From Macrostomum hystrix (taxonomy: Eukaryota > Animalia > Platyhelminthes), in assembly GCA_950097015.1 (NCBI GenBank), contig CATNEN010000025.1:3410001-3474000 (forward strand): a stretch of 64,000 bases of DNA, in the 5' to 3' direction. A program made the position numbers and the translations under genes. Position 1 is the first letter of the stretch, and the number at the start of each line of letters is the position of its first letter. The notes under the pieces were generated by a model. It searched no databases. It had not been told where the DNA came from and worked only from the letters and a program-made list of their open reading frames with translations. Positions 1-33,800 of the stretch are shown here, piece by piece.

Positions 1-360
1 ACAGAATGACGTAACAGCTATGCTAGACGAGGGGGGCAGAAGAAAGTAGACAAAGACGAGACGAACTGGATGAAGAATGAGTGTAGAGAAGAAGCCCCAA
101 TACCTACGACGCGAGATTGGAGCGGAAAAGGTGCGGATAGTGAAGCGGAAAGAGGAGCAGAGCCAGTGGAACACAGCTGTCACTTTGTGTGCCTGCCTAG
201 TAGCTTTATGTGGGATTCGGCAGCTGAACTGTGAAGCACAATCAGCAATATACGTAAGAAACTTATGTAATTCCAATAGGACTGCATTGCTCTCATTCAC
301 TTTCAACATCGAGTGCCGTTTAAAACAACTCTATCAGTTTTCATTCACCGTGACTTTGTG

Positions 361-1180
361 AGTTGTCATTCACCTTGACTCTGTCAGGTGTCATTCACTG
401 TGACTCTGTCAGGTGTCATTCCTATGACTCTGTCAGGTGTCATTCCTATGACTCTGTCAGGTGTCATTCACTGTGACTGTCAGGTGTCATTCACTGTGAC
501 TTTGTGAGTTGTCATTCACTATGACTCTGTCAGGTGTCATTCATTGTGACTGTCAGGTGTCATTCACTGTGACTCTGTTAGGTGTCAGTCACTATGACTC
601 TGTCAGTTGTCATTCACTGTGACTCTGTCAGTTGTCATTCACTGTGACTGTGTCAGTTGTCATTCACTGTGACTCTGTCAGTTGTCATTCACTATGACGC
701 TGTCAGGTGTCATTCACTATGACTCTGTCAGTTGTCATTCACTGTGACTCTGTCAGTTGTCATTCACTGTGACTGTGTCAGTTGTCATTCACTGTGACTC
801 TGTCAGTTGTCATTCACTATGACTCTGTCAGTTGTCATTCACTGTGACTTTGTGAGTTGTCATTCACTATGACTCTGTCAGGTGTCATTCACTGTGACTC
901 TGTTAGGTGTCATTCACTGTCACTCTGTCAGGTGTCATTCCTATGACTCTGTCAGGTGTCATTCACTGTGACTGTCAGGTGTCATTCACTGTGACTTTGT
1001 GAGTTGTCATTCACTATGACTCTGCCAGGTTTCATTCACTGTGACTCTGTCAGGTGTCATTCTCTATGACTTTATCGGGTGTCATTCCCTATCACTCTGT
1101 CAGGTGTCATTCACTGTCACTCTGTCAGGTGTCATTCACTGTGACTCTTGTCAGTTTTCATTCACCGTGACTCTGTCTGG
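361..1180. repeat. Minisatellite, ~22-bp unit (GTCATTCACTGTGACTCTGTCA-like), ~35 copies
   Basis: Direct tandem repetition with substitutions and small indels; no unique spacers. Confidence 0.95.
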
Positions 1181-2386
1181 TGTTATTCGCGTTATATATT
1201 GAATGTAATATAAACTGCAACTTTGACGACAACTTTATAATTAGCATTTTATTTAATAGCATCTATCCAGAACAGCTGCTGATTGCAGACATATGATTTT
1301 ACGAACTTATAATTATGCCTTGCCGTAATTACACAACTATAATTATAAAGATCTTGTTGATAAAGAAATTGTGATTAAGAATAAAGATTTAAGACCTAAT
1401 TATAGTGAAACTGCTATTTTAAACTATTTAAGCCCCATAAAACAAGCACATACAGGTAGATAGCTAGTTAGTTCACTTACAAACTGTCGAGTGTGTTGCC
1501 TTTGCGTGTCAGATAATAAAAAAAGTGAACAGTGTAAAGGCTTGAGTTTTGAGTTGACTTGCAACGATTAGGTTGTTTACATTCTCTGAGTCGTTTGATT
1601 TTCACTTGTCTTGGTCGCCAAAGTAAAGTTTCTCTGGACAGAAAAAAACTCGCCCCTTGTCAATCCAGTACCCTATATTTAAGTAACTATAAGGTATACA
1701 CCAACCCCCACCTACCGTAGCAGATTATTATAAGCAATTTTTTCGCATTGGTTAAGCCGACCCGAGATACGCGAGGTTGGTGGGCTGGGGAAAGGGGCGG
1801 TGGTGAACAAGCGGAGGTGGGGGTTAGACAGTGAAGACAGGCTTAAACTAACTGAGGGAGGAGGGGTGTTGTCGGGTCAATTAGTGAGGCCCTAGTCAAT
1901 AGGCATTCTCGCGAGTGTGAGTACTTATGCATGATGTACGCTCTCTCTCTCTCTCCTTAGATCAGTTCCAATCATAAGCGTAAGGTGTGAGAAGTTCTCG
2001 TGAACCGATCAACTTTAAGGTGGTGGTTAATTTAATTTTTTAATTGATCTCAAAGCCCTTCAGAGTTTATTGAACTGGAATTTAAGTTTTCATTAGAGTC
2101 GCTTTGAGCTCACGGAAAGATAAAAAATATATATAACAAATATTTATTGATTTTTAATGATCACATTAAGTCAAATACGAGTACTTTAATTCGTTTGAAT
2201 CTAATTGCAAATATATATATGTAACGAACGTTATCAACTTTAAACGATCTTTAGCGCAGTAGCGAATTGTTTTTATTCCGTTAACCTTCCAAAAACAACG
2301 ATAAAATAAAAAAATGCGATATGCTTTCAAAGGCAATAAAAAACTCTTCAAAAATAATGATATTTTTAGAACACAAAATCACTCAC

Positions 2387-21445
<19,059 letters not shown>

Positions 21446-24400
21446 CTGTTTGCTTTTTAAAATCAGGAACTGATTTGTAATGCTCTTTAATAATTTCCTT
21501 TACCTGCTGAAATTAGGAAAATTTGTTCCTTTTCAAGCAAACTAAGCAGTTTTAAAGTACAATTTTTATATATATATTTTTAGGAAATTTGCTGACTTTT
21601 TATACTTTTATTATCAATAAGCTAAATAAGGAACATCTTTTGATACCATTTTGCATTTCAAGTTTATAAAACGCTTCCTTAATTTTTTTTAAAGTAGGGT
21701 AGCGGGCAATAACAAATATTTTAGTAAGTGTACAATAAAGTATCAAGAATTTTTTGTTTTAAAACTAGTTTTTTAAAAGATAATCTAACTTAAAAGTGTC
21801 TAAAAGGATTTACATCTAGGCAGATTTTATTATATATTATGACTCGTACATGTATTTTCTCTACTACTCAATATGGACCTACAAATTATAGTAAACTAAA
21901 AGACCCGATTCCTGATCAAAATCCACTCAAATTCTGCCTATCACAGTCAGGCAGTTTAATTTCTGCAAATTGATGTACTAAAAAACATTTTGTCTAATAA
22001 TGTAATGTTCATAAAACATGTAACAGCATGTAATTTTTCTAACCTACTGTTAATGTTTAAATTTAAAGCAAAGTTTTGTAGCATTTGCTACAGGTTTAGT
22101 CCTTTAAAGAAACACTTGAACTTCAGCTTTTTCTTATTTAATCACAGCAGTGATTCATTAGTAATTGATATTATGAATATGCAATGTGCATTAAACATTT
22201 GTTAAACTTAGCACTATACATTTCCTGATTTAGATTCAAACTTCTCAATCTTGATGTCCAAAACTTTAGTTCTAATCTAAAATAAGGCCAGCTATTTAAT
22301 ATTACTTGCTTGCCTAGTCCAAATTACTACATTAGGTCTAGCCAACTTGGTAAAAACTTTGTCTAATAGCTTGATCTAATAATAACAGTTAGGCCTATTT
22401 TTAAATAAATTTGAGTTGTGATAAGAGCCAGAGCCCAGCCCAATAGGAAAAAATTCTGGCATGCTTTTGAAAATTCTGGTTAGCAAGGTGGAAAACTGGG
22501 CAGCATGGCTTGATACAGCACAGTGCAGCTCTTTGTTTTTGCATTTTGTTTTCCTCCTATAGGGTTGCACAGGCCAAAGCTGTTATTTGATTGGCACATC
22601 ACTCTTTTTAGCCCAAAAATTATAGTTCCCTTGCATGTCCATGAACTTTGTGTAAAAATTCAAATAGAGGAGGCTAGAGGGACTGCAGGGGGACTGTAAT
22701 GATACATTTTACTATAAATATGAGTTAGAACAAATCAGAGATTTTACCAAATATTGGAATACAAAGCTAAATTTGAATACTGAATACAAATACTGAATAG
22801 TAACTAGCACACTTGGCTTATTTGTATATTGCATGTTGCATCTACACTAAGGCACATTGCATCGGTGAAAAGATAAAATCATACTTTAAAGACCATATGA
22901 AATATAGCAGTCCCTGAAGCTATTATAACAAAATGAAAATGATGTAGAATTAGCATATTGTCATTAACATTGCAGGACTTGATATACCAAGATTATTTAT
23001 TATATTTTTTAACAAACACAGTTTTGTTACATGTTATTAAAATAATCTTTGCACCAACTTTTTTGGTATTGGGAAGGCACAAAAGCAAATGCATGAACAA
23101 TACAAATATTAATTTCATCTCTACTATACAATAAATCATTTTAAGAGTATTGAATGTTCACTTATTACATGCACATTTATTAATATTAGCTAAACAGTTA
23201 TTAAATAATTACTTCTTCTAGTGTAGCAAGCAAATGTAAATTATTTTAACAAAAACGAGTTGGAAATTTGTACAATAATGATTTAAGCCACAAATACTAT
23301 AATAACTGTGATTTAGTATATTAGTGAGTTATTATGGTATCTGTGATTTAAGCTGAAGTTGAAGATAAAGTTTATATTTATGTAAGTAAGAGTAAGAAAT
23401 TATATCATTCTTTATTTTTTACAAAGAATTACAAAGAAATCATTCCAATACCAACACTATAAGCTCCTACAGATAAACGATAATACTATGAATATTAACT
23501 GACATACTTGCCAAACTTGTCTCTTGGAGCATGCCCATTTTTGCTTTGACACACTGAAAAAAGATGTACAGGTAAACAGAATAATAAACAGAAATATAAA
23601 ATTTAAATGCTAATGGTTATGAAAACTTCTAGAAGCTTTTTTATACAAAAAATTTGAACAAGTCTAAAGCATTTAACGTTTGCTATATTTAGCACTATGT
23701 TTTAGCAAATATGATTTAAGAACATTTTACAAAAGAATCGGTATAAAAATGTTTTTTTTGTATTTAAAAAATACACTAGAAGTCAAGGTCGACTGCTTAA
23801 TCGGTTAAATTCGCCCTGCAGTCTCTAAGAGTAATCTTGAGTCATGCAGTCAGACTCGAACTTCAGACAAATTTTAAATTGAGTTCTGAGTTGCACTCGG
23901 TAACTTTCAAGTTTATGTTAAATTTTGAACCATTTGATTGCACTTTTATGTTTTCGACAGACAGTGAAGCAAAAATTCGTAAATTAATAATCTCTAGTGA
24001 AAACTTGTTACACTTTAAAAGTATATTAAAAATCCCATAGATATACTCTAGCCATAGTAGTTGTTTTATCTGATTAAGCAAAAATCACGTAATATTTTTT
24101 CGCATTCATCAAAACACTTTTTTAGATGCTCTCTACCGAAGCGAAGTTTTTACTTCGACTATCAAATAGTTTTTAGACAAACTACACTCAGCAGCTCAAG
24201 AAGCATCAATTGCATGTACTTCAGTCGCTGGAAGACCAATACAAGATGCCCTAAATCGTGTAATTTAAATGAAGTCGGAAATCGACAAGGAAAATACTAT
24301 GAATGATAAAAACATTTAAGATAATTGATGAAGAAAGAAAAAAGATCACTGTAAATATAAGAACAAGGACCACTAGTAGCACTTCGTTAGCAATTTTAAA

Positions 24401-24791
24401 AGTCCTTGGATATGAAATAGACTGTACTTTCAACTGTATTAAAGTAAGAAATACTGAACTCTTGCAATCGCGTTTCGCAACTAAGAGCAATTAATTGAGT
24501 TATTGTAAGTAGTGATATAAATCATCCCAAGTCATTTAAAAACATTAAAGTGCACGGAAAACACAAAGTTCGTATTTCGCTTAATTATTATTTGAAAGAT
24601 AACGAGTCTCTCTGTAATAATAAATAAAACACAGAGAAATTATGCTACAAAGTACAAAATCAAGACGAAAGCATGGTTTAAAATGCTGAATTAAAAATGA
24701 AAACTGCTGCGATTTCGCAAATCGGAGAAGCAAAAAATACATGTACATAACTATGTACATATACTTGTCAAATTGGATACAGAACAGCCAT

Positions 24792-25421
24792 TTAAAAAGG
24801 CGAATTGAATGCGTTCTCATCAGTAGAAGCCATGGCCACTCTAGCCAACTTGGCCGATGTTGGACCTTCCGCTGTTGAAGGATCTTCAGCATTCTCATCG
24901 TTGCCACGATCCTCTCCAGCGGCTGAGGACACAGCGACAATGGCGGTGGCTGAGGCGTGACGCAGCGTCCAGTCGCGGGCACGCCGCTCAAATGCCGGCC
25001 GGTCGGACACAAACAGGCGAGCCAGGTCGGCCTCCAGCGGGTCGTCCGGATTCGGCGTCCGCATCAGCAGGCGGAGCTGCAGCAGCAGGCCGCGCAGACT
25101 CATTGCCGGAGACCAGGAGCCGGCCGGCTGCGGCTTCAAGCTGTCCAGACAGATCCGGCCAGCAGAGTCGATATTCGGATGCAGAATGGGAGTCTGGAAG
25201 CGCATGGACGGCGGCTCGAACGGATAGCGTGGCGGGATGTGCAGCTCAAGGCGGAAGCGGCCGCCGGCGTAGGGCGTGTCCTCGTCTCCAGTCAGCAGGA
25301 CAGTCAGCAGGTCCGGCTTGTCGGAGTCGAGGCCGCGAAGCAGCCGACAACCAGGCACGGGATCAGTGAGCAGTTGGCTCAGCTCTTTGGTCATTCTACT
25401 CTGCCTGGCGTTCGAGGCCAT
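24792..25421 (-). CDS. UBE2T: Ubiquitin-conjugating enzyme E2 T (FANCT), intronless CDS
   Basis: 209-aa ORF with TPYAGGRFRLEL.IPPRYPFEPP.MRFQTPILHPNIDSAGRICLD.LK.QPAGSWSP and PNPDDPL. The HPNIDSAGRICLD..K.P.G.W pattern is characteristic of UBE2T. Confidence 0.9.
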   Translation of the reverse strand: MASNARQSRMTKELSQLLTDPVPGCRLLRGLDSDKPDLLTVLLTGDEDTPYAGGRFRLELHIPPRYPFEPPSMRFQTPILHPNIDSAGRICLDSLKPQPAGSWSPAMSLRGLLLQLRLLMRTPNPDDPLEADLARLFVSDRPAFERRARDWTLRHASATAIVAVSSAAGEDRGNDENAEDPSTAEGPTSAKLARVAMASTDENAFNSPF

Positions 25422-26035
25422 TGTGAATGCGACGAATTGGGCTGGAAATTTAAACAGAGAAATGTTTCTAGGGCCTTGAGATTATTGTATTAGACTGGTG
25501 ATCAGTGACAATTCTCTAATTCAGAATTCAGAAACTCAAATGCACCGATCTATAAGTTTTCCTCTACGAAAATTTTCTCAAAGCTTAGTATCCATAGATA
25601 CGACACCGAGGCTGCGTAAATCGATGGCTGTTCATCAGTCCATGGACTGGGGAGGGGCGCTACATGCAACAAATTTCAACCCCAGCTAATGTTGCCTCGT
25701 ACACAACCAGCATACCCGGGTGTGTACCCCTGCGTCCGTAAATTCCTGACTTCTAACATATTTTAACTAGCGTAATATGAACTCTCAGCCTAATAATTGT
25801 AACTTGGGGGTTAATTTGGTTTTGCATTAACTTTATGTAGCTTAGCTTTAAACTTTGAACTTATTGTATCTAAAATTGTTGATCTACGTTTTAGTACAAT
25901 TAAAATGTAGACGTAGCTCTGGTAAATGCTATGCAAACACTTAAGCCTACATAAGGCACTAAGAAAATATTTCTAGGATTGTCCGACAAAAAGTAGGCCC
26001 TTTATTAAACATTTTTTATAATCTCCATACCAGAC

Positions 26036-26037
26036 TT

Positions 26038-26131
<94 letters not shown>

Positions 26132-26181
26132 AACTACTACTACCACCACTACTACCACCACCACTACTACCACCACCACTA

Positions 26182-26257
<76 letters not shown>

Positions 26258-26332
26258 AACTACTACTACTACTACTACCACCACCACCACTACTACTACT
26301 ACTACTACCACCAGCACCACCACTACTACTAC
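26036..26332. repeat. (CTA)n/(CCA)n trinucleotide microsatellite
   Basis: Direct observation; source of the poly-Val ORF. Confidence 0.97.
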
Positions 26333-27099
26333 AAAAACAAATTTTACAGCTGTGTTGTTTACTTTCACTCTGTGAATATTACTTTAAACCGCTTGTTTGG
26401 GATTCCGAAGCTCTGAACTATTAGGCTAAAACTGTGTTTAAAAATGCATACAATAGTAATACAAATATATACGATAAGTGATATAAGTATTATTAAAAAC
26501 GAGCACACTTACAAAAAAGCGGAAAAAGACGCTACTTTTAAAGATAAGTTACCGAAATCGGTTGTATTTTTTAGTAAATATGTTGTATTTTTTAGTAAAT
26601 ATGTTTTCTCGTAAGGGTTCGGCAGAAGTTCAAATATTTTGGCTTAAATGCATACAGTAAAAATGTATTTAACCGGGCAGTTGAAAGCTACTCGCGAGTA
26701 GTAGGGGAAGGGAATATCTCGCTTATCGCGGATGCTTATTCAAATGACAACCACAAAGTTTCAATGAAAACTGGCTAGCGTACATTGATTGCCAGACGTG
26801 TAGACATGTAATCGACAGCTATAACAAAAAGATGGAAAGTTAACACAGTAGACAACAGCGCTAGAAAAAATATTATTTACTTTGATCTATAAAGTAAAAA
26901 TAGCATATTTCACCATGGAAAAAACCAATAACTACAGCAAGCAGCTGATTTAAAAGATACGAGGACAGGCGAATTCCTTCAGTCGAGATTATTAGCGACA
27001 CTGGCTGTGGCTGATCCAGACTATTGAAAGCAGACAAACTTTCTGGATTGGACGACGATCGCGAGCAATATTAAAAAAACAGGAGAATACTTCTCAAAA

Positions 27100-27465
27100 T
27101 GGTCCATCGACAGTACCTACTCATTGGTCCATCGACAGTACCTACTCATTGGTCCATCGAAAGTACCTACTAATTGGTCCATCGACAGTACCTACTAATT
27201 GTTCTATCGACAGTACCTACTAATTGATCCTTCGACAGTACATTCTTCATAATCCTTCGACAGTATATTCTTCATAATCCTTCGACTACATTCTTCATAA
27301 TCCTTCGACAGTACACTCTTCATAATCATTCGACAGTACACACTTCATAATCCTTCGACAGTACATTCTTCATAATCCTTCGACAGTACATTCTTCATAA
27401 TCCTTCGACAGTACATTCTTCATAATCCTTCGACAGTACACTCTTCATAATCCTTCGACAGTACA
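27100..27465. repeat. Two related 25-bp tandem repeats sharing a TCGACAGTAC core
   Basis: CCATCGACAGTACCTACTCATTGGT units grade into TTCGACAGTACATTCTTCATAATCC units. Confidence 0.9.
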
Positions 27466-27844
27466 CTAATTAAAGTTGTCAGGATCGGCCAAGGCGCACT
27501 CCGGTTTATTACAGGCCTGGTAGAAAAAAAACGGCCGAAAAGTGAAAAATCGATTGCACGCTTGTTCACAAAATAACAACATGACGATGAAAAAAAGCTA
27601 TTCGCTTCAACACAAAGACAATTAATATATACTATAAAGACACATATCGTGAGCGGATTTCTGCAGTACTTGGGTGATGAATCAAGATATGATTCCTTAG
27701 GCCTTGCATTGTTAGTTGTCCGACAGTGATTCGCGGGCAAGTCGACTTCAAAGTTGAGTTGTAGCATAGCAGCAGTAACTAGGGACAAAGAGGGGAAAAC
27801 GAATCAATTCAGCACCTAGATAGTTGCAACTTCCGCTTCCCAGG

Positions 27845-30800
27845 CTAGCCCTGACGAAAGGTGGCCAAATCGGCCGCGCCCAGCCGGCCGGCCCTGGCGT
27901 GCACTAGCAGCTTCACCACGGCCACCTGACGCTCCAGCTGACGAGCCCGGGCCACGGCGCGCCTGACAACATCGGCCGGTAGGCCGGCCAGCCTGGCTGC
28001 GTTGAAGCCGTAGCTTCTTGGACAGGCGCCCGGCCTGAGCTTGTAGAGAAACGTGATCGACTCGCTGCCGACGTCGCCGTCGCTGATGCAATCTTCGCCG
28101 TCAGCGTCGCGCTCCACCTTTGAAATCGGGATTTATTACGAAATAATAAGGTGATTCGGCCGTTTCCTAGCAACGTTCTTGCTCAAATTCTTGTTCAGGC
28201 TTAACAGTAGAAAGATCACGCTATCTTTCCACTGAGGAAATACCACGGGGTGTTTCAAATACCCACTGCCTAAATATTAAAATATTAAGTCATTCGGTTT
28301 GGGAGCTGTGAAGTAGGCAGTGGGAATTTGAAACACCCCGTGGTATTTCCTCATTTGCTCTAATATTTTAGGAGGTACAGAAACATAAGAATGCGGGTTT
28401 TTTAAATACTTCCCGTGCTGTTTCTAGTGTTTCTAGTGAAACTCAACTCAAATTCAACGCATTTCGGCGGTGCTTGTAGCTTGGACTTATAAAAAAACTG
28501 ATAAAAAAGTGATTGTTGAAACAAAGGAGAACAATAAAACAGCGCTTGTGTCTGACTGTAATCCCACAGGAGAACACGAGCTGACCTGGCAGGCCATGTG
28601 GCCCAGTTTGATGCTCGGATCGCCAGTGAATTCTTCAACAAGAAAGTGATAGTGCGTTGAGAACAGAGTGCGGCAGCGAATGCTGTGCGCCAATTCGCGC
28701 ACAACACCGTAGGCCACCGCCGTGCCGTCGTAGGTTGAGGTACCGCGACCGAGTTCGTCTAGCAGCACCAACGAGTGTCGGCTGGCGTGCCGCAGGATGG
28801 CCGACGTCTCCGACATTTCCACTAGGAAAGTGCTCTCGCCTGTAAAGGTTGGTCGAGTCAGGTGAAAAGCTCATTTTTAGCACAAGTGAGCTCAAAAAGA
28901 AAAAAGTTAAAGTGTTGTTATTTTAAAGTACTGCACTGCACCAATTTATTTATTCCAACTTTTTTTCGGAAACCTACGTGGAAACCTTTCGGTTTCTTGG
29001 AAACCTTTCGGTTTCTTGGAAACCTTTCGGTTTCTTGGAAACCTTTCGGTTTCTTGGAAACCTTTCGGTTTCTAAACGCTGCAGAAGCTCAAGTGTGCAT
29101 AATTGATTGCAGTCAGATGATCTACAGATTGAATTATTTCTATTGTTTCTTAACAAGAAAAAATTGTTACTTGCAATTTAAAGTAATTTCATTGTGAAAT
29201 AAACAAGCCTATAACTGTCAATCTTTTAGATTAGATGAAAGCATTTGATTTGGTTGATTTAATTTTTATAGATGCTATTCAAACAAAAAACAATAGAATA
29301 GAACTGCTCTGTGCTAATTTTATGAATAAGAACAATAGATAAGATTAAGTTTTTAAAAATTCCCTGCTTTTTTGCGGTTGAATCTGAAATGGCGAGTTTA
29401 AATAAAGTAAATTACCACGAAGGCAAATCAAGTTAGGCGAGCCAGTTTTATATTACCTGTCATAATGCGATCAGAGGCGCCCAGTCGAGTAAAAATCCTG
29501 TCAACCGGTGTCAGAGTGCACTCCTCGGCGGGCACGTAGCAGCCCTTGGAAAAAATGAGTAGATCATAGTAAGCAAAGAGTAGAAATAATGATTCGTGCT
29601 AACTTAATTCATGTGAAAATGTAAGAGCAGTACTGCACTGCGTTAACAATTAGATCTTACACAATGAGCAAGGTAAGCGAACAAAGAAGTTACTGAGTGC
29701 TGTCATATACTTTCGATACAAAGACTTTTAGTCTCGACAGAGATTCGCTGCCATGAGTGTAGCTATAGACGTGAGACGTGAGAGTTAAATCATAGTTGAT
29801 TTTCTCGCAAAGTTTTTTAAGGATAGATTACAGCGCTTTATTGATTGGAACATCTAAAATGTCGCTTTGCATTAGTCAGTCAAGTTGTACTTGATCCAAA
29901 GCGAATTCTTTCGTATTTAGTAGAGATCATCAAAATTAAAGAATTGCTTAGACCAGCCCTTAAATCAAATGTGCACCCATCGACTGGTGGACACCACATC
30001 CGCCCTGGTGTTACTTCGAACACCAGCTAATGCTGTTACAACCCGTTTAACCATTTAATAGCTGGGTAAACTGAAGCACTGCGGGGTTACGTGTCCTGCT
30101 AAATGGTGGGTGATACATTACAGATGACATATTGTTCCAGTGAATTCGGGAATCGAACCCCAACATTCGAGTCCTTAGTCCGACGCTGTAATCACTAGGC
30201 TATAACCTACCGATATTAATTAGTACAAAAACCCTAAACTGATAAATACGAGTTTTTAAAAAGCAATCTTAGTTGCTTTAATTTTGCCTCGTTCACCGAA
30301 TTCACCAAATTCTGTCAACGCAAGATGTCTCGAGAATAGAATACTTGAATTTATTCAAGCGTATAGTTCTAATGTGTGTGCATTTACGATTATAGCTAGT
30401 GCTGATGAAATTTATTCTTTTAAGCATAAAGCGAACGAAAATAGATAAGAACTAACCTCAGAAGAACAGGCAAGCCCAATAGATAAGGATTAAATCCCCC
30501 CAGCGTCATCTTAGATGAATTAAAATGACGTGTCAGATTTCTTATTGGGAATTTATCTACTGCTGCCTAACGCCCACGCACTGGATATAAGTACAGAAGT
30601 AATTTCCGGTGTGCACTTTTAACACCTGCTCATAGGGCTGGGTCGAAAAGTCTGCCTTCTACTGGAAGAAGGCATGAATAAAGCCGTGTGCAAATCTCAT
30701 ATTTACCTATTCTCTGTATAGGTAAATCGAATCGTTTAATCCAAAACCTAGTGCAGCGAAAAACATCAAATATTAGAGAACGGAAGTGAGAAAGAACTTT

Positions 30801-33800
30801 CACGAAAAACATCAGGCATGAGCGAGCCACAGCATCACGAGCAGTACATTGCCAACCCCTATTACGTGGAACCAGGAGTGTACAAACGTTAATTTCACAT
30901 TTGCTCCCGTGTTTAGAAGCTACACCTGCCAAAATACACACATTACGGATAAAGAAACGATTGGGCAGGAGCTAGGGGCGAGCCGCGACTCCACCCAAAA
31001 ATTCCGACCTGTATTTTGCTCAATAAAATTCAATCCAGAATATAATACAGTGAAAGGAAGAGGATGGGTCGGGAATCAGGGGATGAATTACATTAGGAAA
31101 GGGACGGGAGCAGAGGGGCTGGCCAAGTTCGAGACAAGGAAGAGAATCATGAAAAAAGGCAGACAGAAAGGTGAGGAAGACTTAGATTTTAGGGCGTGGA
31201 ACAAAATCCAAAGGGACTTCAAGGATGTGGGGGACGGCAGAAGGCAGTGAGAATGGGAGTGGGCGAACGAATCGAATCTTAGTACGGGGAGAGATGGTAA
31301 GGGAAGAATGGAGCAAGGTAGACATGCAAAGGTGGGGGGCGCATTAGAAGCAGGATAAAAGGAATAAGTGGCCAGGTCTTCCGATCCCAAAAGAGTTGAC
31401 CAAGCAAAGTTATAGATATTTATCAACGACATTGAGAGCAGCTCTCGATTATCTATCAAAGCTATATGAATAACATATCCAAGTGAAATAAAAGTAAGCG
31501 CACGTCGACAGCAAGGAGACGCTTGCGCACCTTCAAAGTAGCGCGCAAAGTTAAGCCCCAGCGTGGGATGGGATACGGGATCCGGTTGACGATAAGCAGA
31601 GCAGAGAAGCAGCGCCATGGGTCAGCGACACTCTAGCTGTACTGGATCCCTGCCTCATTATGCCAGGTTAACACAGACATCGACATTGTCAATGCTACAT
31701 GATGCCATCGCTGAGGGTGAGAGCGAAATGGCCAATCAGCTTATTGAAGCCTTACGCAGCGGCGACGAAGGCGGCGGCGGACGTCGCAAGCTAGCGAGGC
31801 GGTATCAGCAACAGGAAAAACAGCAGCAGCAGCAGCAGCTCTATCTAGACTACCGCGGAGAGACTAGATTTGGCATAGAGATACGTTACTCACAGACCGC
31901 CCTAGCGTTAGCCATTCAGTTCGGCCAATGGGCAACATTCAAGGAATTAATGGAGTGCGGCTTGTCGCCCAGAGAGCAGCAGCGCATGCTGGTTGCTGGG
32001 CACAACGGTCAGTCAAGTACTCGGGACTTTGGAAATGCGCTGGAACTATTCATATGGGCGCTAACTAAGGTGATGAAAATACAACTCAATGCTTTACTTC
32101 AAACATTTTTATTCGGTCAAATAGAGTAGAGAATGGCCAGTTGAAATGGAAACTATATTCGATGAGTTTTGATTCCAATCGGTACACTGATGTCATTTAA
32201 AAAATTATCAGAACGGAATCGACTTCTATATATTACGAATAATAGTTTCCTTTCCGATCTGTAGACATACTTCGTGTTTATAAACATTTTTCCTTTTACC
32301 AATCAATAAATAAACAGGCTTCGTACTTCCCGCCCTACCTATCCGAGGCGCAAGTGATCGATCTATTGCGAGTAATCATGCGTAGAGGTGTGTCACCAGA
32401 CAGCCTTCCTGGTCAGCTGCTACACAAAGTATGCCAGGCGGCCGTACTTGACATCATTGGGTCGCCAATCCTGGACATTGAGACTAGCACTGTTCTGCAG
32501 CGCTCGGCCCTTAGCATACTGCAGTGTTTGATTCAGCATGGAATGAGTCTTAGCGGCGGTGCCATAGGAAACCTGCAGCCGTTGTACCACTTGGTATTGT
32601 GCTTCTTAGCTAGTCCTAGTGCTGCTTCAGACCCGGGGAGACAAATTCAAAACAACAACAAGCTCCGCTTGGCGCTGTGCATCATGCTAAACGCCGCGTG
32701 CAGCAGCAACGCAGGTTTGCCAGCCGTAACTGCTGTCGGTTTAACAAACGCCCGCTGGCGCAGTACAGCTGCACTGTGGCACAATTATGCGATGATTCAC
32801 AGAAAACAGCAGCCATTGCTTGTTGACAAGGAGGACGTAGCACGGGTGATGCGAGCACATCGTGCATTCTCTGAGGCCTGCTATAAAAGGCCCGTTCGAC
32901 TAACCCTGCTAGCAAGAAATCGCATTCGCTCTGCTCTGTTGGCTAACAATGCAGGCAACGTCGACCTATCGACGCTTGTAGCAGCCCTGCCCGGCCGTTG
33001 GCAAACTCGCCAACTGTTGGAGTTTATGGATGAAGAGTTTCTCCAGCCAGAGATTAGCATCATATTAAGTCGTGTGGTACGATCGTAACGTGGCGTGAAC
33101 TTTTGCCTTTTTACTACTAAGATAACGAACACGGGTTTATTAAAAACCTCCTAATAGTTTTTAGGAGTTAGACGCTTGACTTGCCGTTACATATTATAAC
33201 GCTTGCAAAGGGAAGCGATCCAGATGTACATCGATGCAAAGAGAAGCAAATGCTTTGAATACGGTTGTATCTTTTAATCCTACTTTAAGGCTAGAGTTTG
33301 GCTTGTATTTTTCGCTATTTTTAGAGTAGTAATGTCGTATTTTGCCCTTGTCTGTATGTTTTGCACATCTCTTGCACAAAGAATCTAAATTACATTCCAC
33401 TCCCGAATACACTCGGACTTCCTTTAACTGCATAGTTGTCTATGGCGCCATACCAGCACTGTGGCGCTTGCTGCAACTGCAAACAGACACACACAGAGCG
33501 CTCAGATCAGATGCATGCACAGTGCAGTTAGATACAGTACTCATATTTGTTCTTTGATTTGATTTTGCGTATCCAGCTACTTATATATTTTCATTCCCAC
33601 AAATAGGTCTCGAACTTTCTCTTGTTCCATGTTTTTAGAGACTCTTTAGAGTCACGTGTTACACTGGCCACACAGATCTCGATTTACTATTTTAAATGAA
33701 TGCAAATTTATAATGGTATTGTCAAGGGACCCACTATTCGGACCATCTCCAGCAATAATATTTGACACTATGTTCATTGTAGCAGAGCACCAGCTTTGAG

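Noticed and set aside
21504-21506. 3-nt microexon (ttttcctaatttcag|CAG|gtaaag) and possible exon near 23508-23555
   Set aside because: The splice signals look real, but I could not join them in frame to the downstream exons; they may be UTR or chance.
24857-25493. Antisense ORFs over UBE2T, and similar ones over KLC and MSH6 exons
   Set aside because: Shadow ORFs from GC-rich coding sequence.
25973-26368. Poly-Val ORF
   Set aside because: Artefact of the (CTA/CCA)n microsatellite.
26689-26702. CTACTCGCGAGTAG palindrome as a promoter element
   Set aside because: A single short palindrome ~1.3 kb from the UBE2T start; cannot be distinguished from chance.
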